In this document: piece after piece, positions 26,619-34,077 of the stretch
How the letters are laid out: each line of letters starts with the position of its first letter
Numbering within the stretch: position 1 is the stretch's first letter
DNA from: Candidatus Undinarchaeota archaeon
Lineage (GTDB): Archaea > SpSt-1190 > JASMDC01
Reading direction: 5' to 3'
Length of the DNA stretch: 64,000 nt
Assembly: GCA_964519305.1 (NCBI GenBank)
Contig: CAZFHY010000009.1
Location: forward strand, 75,130-139,129
Translations under genes and position numbers: made by a program
The notes under the pieces: generated by a model
What the model saw: the letters and a program-made list of their open reading frames with translations, nothing else
Databases searched by the model: none
Told to the model about the DNA's origin: nothing

Positions 26619-26857
26619 CGTAGTTCCACCTTGCCTTTGTCATTGAAGTCGTGTTCGCCCCCGGTCGTCCGGCCGTCCCTCACGTAGAGGAAAGGTGGGA
26701 GATTTGGAGCCAGGGCCCCGGAACCCAAGCGACATAGGGAAGGTGGCTGCCGCATAAGTCCGTGGTCAATAACATGTACCGACCTAGGCCCTGACCCCGA
26801 AAGGAGCACGCTGTAAGGACATGAATTGTCGGTGACAAAAACGATCCCTCCAGCGCA

Positions 26858-26873
26858 TATAACTATTGTTATA
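26858..26873. promoter_or_regulatory. Palindrome TATAAC-TATT-GTTATA just downstream of the minus-strand TATA box of the cysK operon
   Basis: Perfect 6-bp inverted repeat; related copies at 27084-27097 and 27151-27166. Confidence 0.65.
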
Positions 26874-26932
26874 GCTTCTGATTTAAATACCTTTTCTTTC
26901 GGGCGACAGCCTTCCCATTAGGGGGATAAAGA

Positions 26933-27021
26933 TGGAGCCGGGGCTAAGATTCGAACTTAGCTGTGCCGATGTCTGCCCTTCAGGACTGCAGTCGGCGGCA
27001 TGGCCACTCTGCCACCCCGGC
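26933..27021 (-). tRNA. tRNA-Cys(GCA) with 15-nt intron (26971-26985) and encoded CCA
   Basis: GCCGGGG/CCCCGGC-T-CCA acceptor stem, GCCGA-CT-GCA-G|TCCTGAAGGGCAGAC|A-TCGGC, CTAAG-TTCGAAT-CTTAG; BHB with CTGC/GCAG helix. Confidence 0.95.
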
Positions 27022-27083
27022 TCTCTTGATACATTCTAGATACCCTCATCTCATGCATCGTCGGTACGGGCGTACCGACACGC

Positions 27084-27166
27084 ATAACAATAGTTTTTGT
27101 TCTTGGTACAAAAACCTTTCGATTCACCCGCTGGACCAAAGGGAAACAAATATAACGATGGTTTTT
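27084..27166. promoter_or_regulatory. Two further ATAAC-N4-GTT(T/A)T sites upstream of the HTH-desulfurase operon
   Basis: ATAACAATAGTTTT (27084) shares 12 nt with the minus-strand reading of the 26858 site; TATAACGATGGTTTTT (27151). Confidence 0.55.
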
Positions 27167-27206
27167 TCGCTTAACACATTAAGAACTAAGAGGAGTCCGG
27201 TCGACC

Positions 27207-27608
27207 ATGAAGCTTCCTTGTGAGATCATCGTATGGTACCTTCTACCAAGCATCCGTGGCGAGCTCGCCAAGGAACTATCCCGAAGTGGCCTTCGACAGA
27301 AGGACATCGCTTCGCGGTTAGGTATCACTCAGCCTGCCGTTTCCCAGTACCTAAAGGACAAACGCGGCCAAGAGCTCAAGCTCTCGAAGGAGGCTCTCAC
27401 CAAGGTACATGCTCTGGCAAAGAAGATGGTCGATAAGGTGGACGAGTCGATCGTGCGTACTGAAGTGTGTGCCATCTGCGCTATCGCTAAGGAGGGGAAC
27501 CTCCTGTGCGACATCCACCGCAGCCTGGAAAAGGTCCCGGAGGACTGCTCCGTTTGTTCGAAGGAAGACGATTGTATGCTCATAGGCGGTGGAGGGGAGG
27601 GTATTTGA
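27207..27608 (+). CDS. HTH transcriptional regulator with Cys/His-rich C-terminus (COG2522-like), paralog of 13047-13391
   Basis: MKLPCE.....LPSIR...Q.DIA.RLGITQPAVSQYL..KRG; CAIC...C.IH...CSVC. Confidence 0.88.
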   Translation: MKLPCEIIVWYLLPSIRGELAKELSRSGLRQKDIASRLGITQPAVSQYLKDKRGQELKLSKEALTKVHALAKKMVDKVDESIVRTEVCAICAIAKEGNLLCDIHRSLEKVPEDCSVCSKEDDCMLIGGGGEGI

Positions 27609-28789
27609 AGCGGATCTATCTCGACCATGCCGCCACTACACCGGTCGATCCGGAGGTCCTCGCGGCCATGATGCCCTGCTTCGAGAGGGACTTCGGGAAC
27701 GCGTCCTCCATCCATTCGTTCGGCCAGGATGCGAAGCATCTGATAGAAGAGGCACGTGAGCACGTCGCCGCTCTCATGAACGCTGGTACTGAAGAGGTCA
27801 TCTTCACTGCTGGCGGTACGGAGAGCGACAACATGGCGCTCAAGGGTATCGCTGCCCTCAACCGTGACCGGGTGCGCGACCACCCCGAAGGCCCTCACAT
27901 CATCACATCCTCCATCGAGCACCCCGCGATCCTCAGGACCTGCGAATGGCTCGAGACCCGAGGATTCGTTGTCCGATACCTGCCCGTTGATCCCTTTGGG
28001 ATGATCGATGTGGGATTACTTGAGGACGCGATCGCCCCCGGGACGTTCCTCGTCTCTATCATGTTCGCCAACAACGAGATCGGGACCATCGAGCCCGTCA
28101 AGCAGCTCGGGGCCGTGTGCCGGGAGCGGGGAGTGCTCTTCCACACCGACGCAGTCCAGGCATGCGGAAAGGTCCCCGTCGATGTACGGGCCATGAACAT
28201 AGACCTGCTCTCCCTCTCCTCGCATAAGCTGCACGGCCCCAAGGGCATCGGTGCGCTCTACATGCGGGAAGGTATCGAACTGGAACCGATCGCCCACGGC
28301 GGCGGTCACGAGCGCGGGCTGCGTTCGAGCACTGAGAACGTACCAGGCATCATCGGTCTAGCAAAGGCCGCCGAGCTGGCCAAGGTGCGGATGGGCGAGG
28401 ACAGTGCGCGGCTGATGAGCATGCGCGACCGTCTGGTCAGCGGAGTGCTCGACACGGTCCCCGCGTCCCATCTCAACGGCCACCCGACCGAGCGGCTCCC
28501 CCATAACGCCCACTTCCGCTTCGATGCAGTGGAGGGCGAATCGCTCGTGCTTTCACTGGACCACGAGGGCATCGCCAGCTCCTCGGGCTCAGCATGCTCT
28601 TCAAAGAAGTCGGGACCGTCGCACGTGCTCACCGCCATCGGGATGGACGGCATCCAGGCCCAGGGCACGCTCAGGCTCACCCTCGGCCGTGGGAACACGG
28701 ACGATGAGATCGACAGGACTCTCGAGGTCGTCCCGCGCGTGGTGGCGAAGCTGCGTGAGCTCTCGCCGTTGTGGAACGGGGGTCCGTGA
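27605..28789 (+). CDS. iscS: Group I cysteine desulfurase (IscS/NifS)
   Basis: IYLDHAATTP, FGNASS.H, GGTESDN, HTDAVQ, SSHK.HGPKG, SSGSACSS; TTG start inferred. Confidence 0.93.
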   Translation: MKRIYLDHAATTPVDPEVLAAMMPCFERDFGNASSIHSFGQDAKHLIEEAREHVAALMNAGTEEVIFTAGGTESDNMALKGIAALNRDRVRDHPEGPHIITSSIEHPAILRTCEWLETRGFVVRYLPVDPFGMIDVGLLEDAIAPGTFLVSIMFANNEIGTIEPVKQLGAVCRERGVLFHTDAVQACGKVPVDVRAMNIDLLSLSSHKLHGPKGIGALYMREGIELEPIAHGGGHERGLRSSTENVPGIIGLAKAAELAKVRMGEDSARLMSMRDRLVSGVLDTVPASHLNGHPTERLPHNAHFRFDAVEGESLVLSLDHEGIASSSGSACSSKKSGPSHVLTAIGMDGIQAQGTLRLTLGRGNTDDEIDRTLEVVPRVVAKLRELSPLWNGGP

Positions 28790-28790
28790 T

Positions 28791-29996
28791 ATGGTCGACT
28801 GGAACAGATTGCGCGAGGACTTCCCAGTGCTGAAGGAGGTCGTATACCTCGACAGCGCGGCGAGCTGCTTGACCCCCATCCCCGTACTGGATGCTATTAG
28901 AGAATACTACATTAAGTACAGGGCCAACGTGCACCGCGGAGCCCATCGTCTCTCAGTAAAGGCCAGTGACAAGTACGATGAGGCACGTGCCAGCGTCACC
29001 CGGTTCATCGGGGCGGACGACCCGGTCGAGATCATCTTCACCAAGAACGCTACCGATGGCCTGAACATGGCGGCCAACGGGCTACGCCTGCGCTCTGACG
29101 ACAAGGTAGTCCTCACGACCCTGGAACACCACTCCAACCTCATGCCCTGGCAGGTCCTCCACCACAGGCATAATGTGGACCTGGCGTTCCTCGAGACCGA
29201 CGAACAGGGCGGTTTCGACCTGGAGAAGGCGGAAGAGGTCATCGATGACAAGACCGCTGTTGTGAGCCTCACACACGGGTCCAACGTGCTCGGGACATTC
29301 GGTCCGGTCAAGGATATCGCCAAGCTCGCTCACGACGTGGGCGCGCTGGTGTGCGTCGATGCCGCACAGACCGTGGGCCACATGCCCATCGACGTCGACG
29401 AGCTGGGTGTGGACATCATGTCGTTCTCGGGCCACAAGGGCGCACTGGGACCCACCGGGATCGGTGTGCTCTATGTGAGAGGTGAGCACCTGGACAAGCT
29501 CAATCCCGTCGCCCTCGGTGGCGGCACCGTCAAGGACGTGGAGACCGGAGGCTTCACCCTTCTGGGCCCCCCGGACAGGTTCGAGGCAGGAACACCCAAC
29601 ATCAGCGGTGCTATAGGCCTGGGAGCGTCGGTCGAGTACGTGTCCCGTATCGGGACCGAGAACATCGAACAACGTGAGCGCGCGCTCCTCACCACCATGC
29701 TCAAGGGCCTCCTCGACATCGACAAGCTCACCGTGTACGGACCTGAGGACCCTAAGCTCAAGACCGGTGTCGTGTCCTTCAACGTGGAGGGTATCAATCC
29801 CCACGACGTCGCGATCATCCTCGACGAGATGGACGCCATCGCTGTTCGCTCGGGCCACCACTGCGCCATCCCGCTGGTGAAGCGCATGGGAGCACCCGAC
29901 GGTACGGTGCGTGCGTCGCTCGGATGTTACAATAACGAGAAGGACGTGGACACGTTCCTTTCCCGGGTAAGCGATGTTGCACAGGGACTGACGTGA
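28791..29996 (+). CDS. sufS: Group II cysteine desulfurase (SufS/CsdA family)
   Basis: YLDSAA, ANVHRG, EHHSN..PWQ, DAAQ, FSGHK, FEAGTPN, RSGHHCA. Confidence 0.92.
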   Translation: MVDWNRLREDFPVLKEVVYLDSAASCLTPIPVLDAIREYYIKYRANVHRGAHRLSVKASDKYDEARASVTRFIGADDPVEIIFTKNATDGLNMAANGLRLRSDDKVVLTTLEHHSNLMPWQVLHHRHNVDLAFLETDEQGGFDLEKAEEVIDDKTAVVSLTHGSNVLGTFGPVKDIAKLAHDVGALVCVDAAQTVGHMPIDVDELGVDIMSFSGHKGALGPTGIGVLYVRGEHLDKLNPVALGGGTVKDVETGGFTLLGPPDRFEAGTPNISGAIGLGASVEYVSRIGTENIEQRERALLTTMLKGLLDIDKLTVYGPEDPKLKTGVVSFNVEGINPHDVAIILDEMDAIAVRSGHHCAIPLVKRMGAPDGTVRASLGCYNNEKDVDTFLSRVSDVAQGLT

Positions 29997-30009
29997 AGGG
30001 AGTGATGAC

Positions 30010-30471
30010 ATGTCAGCTTTGAACGGCACGGTTGTCTCTGTCAACACGAGCACTGAGAAGGGCGTCCCCAAGGTCCCACAGGATTCCATCACACTGGTCG
30101 AGGAACATGGCGTGGATGGCGACGCTCACGCCTCGTCGACCTGGCACCGCCAGGTTAGCTTGTTGTCCATGGCCTCCATCGAACGCATGATGGAACAGGG
30201 AGTCGAGGTCAAGCCCGGTGATCTTGCCGAGAACATCACGGTCGAGGGGTTCGACGTGCACACCATCCCTGTCGGTACCCGGCTCAAGATCGGTAGTGAC
30301 GTTCTGCTCGAGATCTCCCAGATTGGTAAGAAGTGCCATACCGGATGCGCCATCCAGAAGCGGACGGGAAAGTGCATCATGCCCACCGAGGGCGTTTTCG
30401 CCAGGGTGCTCGCGGGCGGTACGGTGCGGTCCGGGGACACCATCCTCGTCGTCGAGGGCACGGCGGAGTAA
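30010..30471 (+). CDS. MOSC domain protein
   Basis: G..GDAHA...HRQVSLL, PG..AENIT, LEISQIGK.CH.GCAI....G.CIMP.EGVFA.V. Confidence 0.9.
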   Translation: MSALNGTVVSVNTSTEKGVPKVPQDSITLVEEHGVDGDAHASSTWHRQVSLLSMASIERMMEQGVEVKPGDLAENITVEGFDVHTIPVGTRLKIGSDVLLEISQIGKKCHTGCAIQKRTGKCIMPTEGVFARVLAGGTVRSGDTILVVEGTAE

Positions 30472-30486
30472 GGTAGTGGATTGAGT

Positions 30487-30561
30487 AGGCCTCTGAGATC
30501 ACCTCCTTGACTTCATCTTCCTGGCGTAGGATCAGGTCAAGCCAATCTTCTTCATCGGCCC
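30487..30561 (-). ncRNA. Box C/D dual-guide sRNA with its own TATA promoter
   Basis: GGGCC-G-ATGAAGA(C)-AGATTGGCTTGAC-CTGA(D')-TCCT.ACGCC.AGGA-AG-ATGAAGT(C')-CAAGGAGGTGATCT-CAGA(D)-GGCCT; TTTATAA at 30586-30592. Confidence 0.82.
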
Positions 30562-30600
30562 AAGGAGAGGTAAGGGACCGCGAGGTTATAAACCCTTCCC

Positions 30601-30855
30601 CTAGGACTCATCATCAGCGCGCTTGTCCTTGATGGTCTGGTCCAGGAAGAGGCGGGCGGCGATTATATGATAGCACTCGCCCTGGGTGAGGGTATTGTAC
30701 CGGCATGTGCACGACCAGCGGCGCTTCCGCCGGTGGTAAACCACGGAATAATCCTTCACGTCGAGATGGACTCGCTCCGGACCGGTCGACCGGAGGCTCA
30801 CACGCCCGTCCCGGACGAGAGCGGCCGCCTTGTGCCGTCTGGCAACTGAACCCAC
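30601..30855 (-). CDS. Small SWIM zinc-finger protein
   Basis: WSCTC.......ECYHIIAA (CxC...CxH). Confidence 0.7.
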   Translation of the reverse strand: MGSVARRHKAAALVRDGRVSLRSTGPERVHLDVKDYSVVYHRRKRRWSCTCRYNTLTQGECYHIIAARLFLDQTIKDKRADDES

Positions 30856-30937
30856 GGTCCGGGAGGGTCACGGATAACCTTTATAATAATGGTCAGTTTT
30901 GCGGCCTCCGTCCCCACTGTGGGGGCGAGTGACGATC

Positions 30938-33900
30938 ATGACAGCCAAAGCCCAGGTCCGGCCGTATAATCCCCATACCGTAGAGGAGGAGGTCATCCAG
31001 TTCTGGAAGAAGAACGACACCTTCACCAGGGTAAGGGCACAGGTGAAGGACGGTAAACCGTTCTACTTCCTCGACGGCCCACCCTTCCCCTCGGGCGAAA
31101 CGCATCCTGGAACGGCGGCCAACAAGGTCTCAAAGGATTTCCTCATCCGCTACAAGCGCATGCGCGGGTTCAATGTCCGCGACCAGCCCGGCTGGGACAT
31201 GCACGGTCTTCCCATCGAGCAGAAGACCGAACTGCAGCTCGGGCTCAAGGACAAGCGCGACATCATCGACAAGGTGGGCATCGATAAGTTCATCGCTGAG
31301 TGCAAGAAGTTCGCACTGCGCCACATGGGCGCTATGGAGCGCGACTTCATGCGTCTGGGCGTCTGGATGACCTGGGAGAACGCTTACCGGACCATCACCC
31401 CCGAGTACATGGAGTCAGTATGGTACGCCCTGAAATGCGTGCATGAGCGCGAGCTCCTCTACAGGGGGAAGAAGGCCCTTTCCTGGTGCCCGCGGTGCGC
31501 CACCATCCTTGCTAAGAACGAGCTCGAGTACAGGACTGTGGAGGACGACTCCATCTTCGTGAAGATGCCCGTTGCTGACAAGGAGAAGGAGTTCCTCATC
31601 ATCTGGACCACCACACCCTGGACCATCCCCTTCAACATGGCCATCATGGCCAATCCCGACCTCGACTACCTCCGGTTCAAGGTGGAGGACGAGGTGTGGA
31701 TCATGGCCAAGCGCCTGGCGGGCGTGTTCATGGGCTCCATCGTGGAGAAGAAGTACGAGGCGATCGAGACCATCAAGGGGTCCGAGCTCGTGGGTATGAA
31801 GTACCGTCATCCGTTCTATGAGGAGATGCCCTACCACCAGGAGGATAAGAACGCCTACATGGTGGTGCCGTCCACCCAGTTCGTCTCCGCCACCGCAGGT
31901 TCTGGTCTGGTGCACTGTGCCCCCGGATGTGGTCCCGAGGACTTCCAGATCGGTCTCGACATGGGCATCCCCATATTCAACGAGGTCGACGAGAACGGCT
32001 TTCTCGCCGGCGAGAGCGGTGAGTTCTCCGGGCTCAAGGCCAAGGACGACGACCAACAGTTCGTCGACAAGCTCAAGGAGAAGGGCTACCTGTTGGCCGG
32101 CACGCCGGTGGAACACGAGTACGCCCACTGCTGGCGGTGCGACTCGCCAATCATCTATCGCGCAACGGACCAGTGGTTCATCGCCGTCTCCAAGATCCGC
32201 GAGGACATCCTCGAAGAGATCAAGCAGCTGTACACGGTCCCTGCCGAGGCCAAAGAGATATTCCTGGACTGGATCGGTAACTTCTCGGACTGGTGCATCA
32301 CCCTCCAGCGGTTCTGGAACATCCCGGCGCCCATCTGGGTGTGCGACCAGTGCGATAACTACGAGATCTTCGGCAGGATCAAGGAACTGGAGGAGCGGTC
32401 GGGCGTTAAGCTCGACGACATCCACCGGCCGAAGGTGGACCCGCTCACCTGGAAGTGTAAGTGCGGCGGCACCATGAGCCGCATCCCCGACGTGCTCACC
32501 GGATGGCTGGACTCGGGAGCGGCGCCATGGGCCTCGCTCGCCTATCCCCAGCGTCAGGACCTCTTTGAGCAGTACTTCCCCTCCGACTTCGTCATGGAGG
32601 GACGCGACCAGATCCGCGCGTGGTTCTCTGCCATGATGAACTTCTCCATGGCCGCGTTCGGACGTCGTCCGTACAACGCCGTGTACTGGCACGGGTTCTT
32701 CAACGACCAGGAGGGTCGCAAGATGTCCAAGAGCAAGGGCAACTTCGTGGCCGTCCAGCAGATCGCCGAGAAGATGGGCGGGGATCCAGTCCGCATGAAG
32801 TTCATCGAGTGGATCGCCCCCGGTCAGGACGTGCGCTTCAACATGCGCGACATCGAGGAGAACGCCAAGGCGCTCAACGTGCTCTGGAACATGCACAATC
32901 TCATCGTCCGCTCCGCGCGGGCCGCAGGGATCGATCCCACGAAGGCGACGTTCAAGGACGAGGACCTGGACTTCACCGACCGCTGGCTGCTGTCGGTGTA
33001 CAGCTCTCTCGCCGAAACGGTGACCGAGAAGTTCGAGAACTTCCACCTCTCCGACATCCCAACGCTCATGCGCCACTTCTGGCTCGAGGACCTCTCCCGG
33101 TGGTACGTGCAGAACAAGCGGCGTCAGATAGCCGCTGGCGACGAGACCACCATGGCAGTCCTATCTCACGTCTACCTGGGCCTTCTACGATTGGTGAGCC
33201 CCATGGTGCCCATGACGGCCGAGGGAATCTATCAGGACCTTCGCAAGGAGTACGGTCTCAAGGAGAGCTCGGTCCATCTCCAGGAGTGGATCGAGGCCGA
33301 TCCATCACGCATCGATGAGGACATCGAGCGGGACATGGAGATCCTCCGCGACGTGACCACCAACGTGCTGGCCGCTCGCGAGAAGGTGAACCGTGGAGTC
33401 CGCTGGCCGCTGAGGAACGTTGACGTCATCACCCGCGACAAGCGCGTGATCTCGGCCCTGGCCAAGCAGGGCGAGCTCGTCAAGCGCCTCACGAACGCTT
33501 GGGAGCTTGTTGTCAAGCAGCACGAGGAGAGCCTCACGCATATAGTGAAGCCCGACTTCGCTCGCATCGGCCCCAAGCACAAGGGTCTGGCCGGTGCAAT
33601 CACTAAGGCAATCCAGGCAGCGGATTCCGAGAAGGTCGTCGAGTCGCTCGACCGCAATGGGTCCTTCACCGTCACCGCGGGCGACCACGAGGTCGTCATC
33701 GAGCGGGACGAGGTGTTCATCGAAGAGACCGTCCCGGACACTGTATACTCGATCCCCGGTACGCGGTTCTCCATCTATGTTGACCTTGAGGAGAACGAGG
33801 ACATGCTCTCATCCGGGCTTGCGCGCGAGGTCGTCCGCCACGTGCAGTCGTTACGGAAGAAGGCCGAGCTCGTGCGGACCGACCGCATCAAGCTCACCAT

Positions 33901-34060
33901 CGCCAAGGACGTCGCCGACAAGCTCAAGCCTCACACGGACGAGATAACGTCCACCGTGGGCTCCGACGAGCTTGTGTTCGGTAAGGTCGATGGACGTGAG
34001 TTCACGACAACGTTCACCTCCCGCGAGACGAAGGTCGCTGTAGGATTCGACAAGGTATAG
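30938..34060 (+). CDS. ileS: Isoleucine--tRNA ligase
   Basis: FLDGPPF, HPGT (HIGH-like), GWDMHGLPIE, WTTTPWT, GLVH.APG.G, HCWRC, KMSKS. Confidence 0.97.
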   Translation: MTAKAQVRPYNPHTVEEEVIQFWKKNDTFTRVRAQVKDGKPFYFLDGPPFPSGETHPGTAANKVSKDFLIRYKRMRGFNVRDQPGWDMHGLPIEQKTELQLGLKDKRDIIDKVGIDKFIAECKKFALRHMGAMERDFMRLGVWMTWENAYRTITPEYMESVWYALKCVHERELLYRGKKALSWCPRCATILAKNELEYRTVEDDSIFVKMPVADKEKEFLIIWTTTPWTIPFNMAIMANPDLDYLRFKVEDEVWIMAKRLAGVFMGSIVEKKYEAIETIKGSELVGMKYRHPFYEEMPYHQEDKNAYMVVPSTQFVSATAGSGLVHCAPGCGPEDFQIGLDMGIPIFNEVDENGFLAGESGEFSGLKAKDDDQQFVDKLKEKGYLLAGTPVEHEYAHCWRCDSPIIYRATDQWFIAVSKIREDILEEIKQLYTVPAEAKEIFLDWIGNFSDWCITLQRFWNIPAPIWVCDQCDNYEIFGRIKELEERSGVKLDDIHRPKVDPLTWKCKCGGTMSRIPDVLTGWLDSGAAPWASLAYPQRQDLFEQYFPSDFVMEGRDQIRAWFSAMMNFSMAAFGRRPYNAVYWHGFFNDQEGRKMSKSKGNFVAVQQIAEKMGGDPVRMKFIEWIAPGQDVRFNMRDIEENAKALNVLWNMHNLIVRSARAAGIDPTKATFKDEDLDFTDRWLLSVYSSLAETVTEKFENFHLSDIPTLMRHFWLEDLSRWYVQNKRRQIAAGDETTMAVLSHVYLGLLRLVSPMVPMTAEGIYQDLRKEYGLKESSVHLQEWIEADPSRIDEDIERDMEILRDVTTNVLAAREKVNRGVRWPLRNVDVITRDKRVISALAKQGELVKRLTNAWELVVKQHEESLTHIVKPDFARIGPKHKGLAGAITKAIQAADSEKVVESLDRNGSFTVTAGDHEVVIERDEVFIEETVPDTVYSIPGTRFSIYVDLEENEDMLSSGLAREVVRHVQSLRKKAELVRTDRIKLTIAKDVADKLKPHTDEITSTVGSDELVFGKVDGREFTTTFTSRETKVAVGFDKV

Positions 34061-34077
34061 CCCCTACCGCCGGACCC

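Noticed and set aside
26933-27021. tRNA genes as att sites of an integrated element
   Set aside because: No integrase and no duplicated tRNA 3' end noticed in the window
28524-28790. Apparent long overlap or frameshift fusion of the two desulfurases
   Set aside because: Each gene is complete; the second starts at ATG 28791, one base after the first stop codon
30497-30508. GATCACCTCCTT as a 16S rRNA gene remnant or an orphan Shine-Dalgarno site
   Set aside because: No flanking rRNA sequence and no start codon at SD distance; better explained as a C/D guide
31415-33076. 553-aa and other long antisense ORFs (e.g. 29082-30092, 41253-42050, 43529-44455)
   Set aside because: Shadow frames of high-GC genes with no motifs
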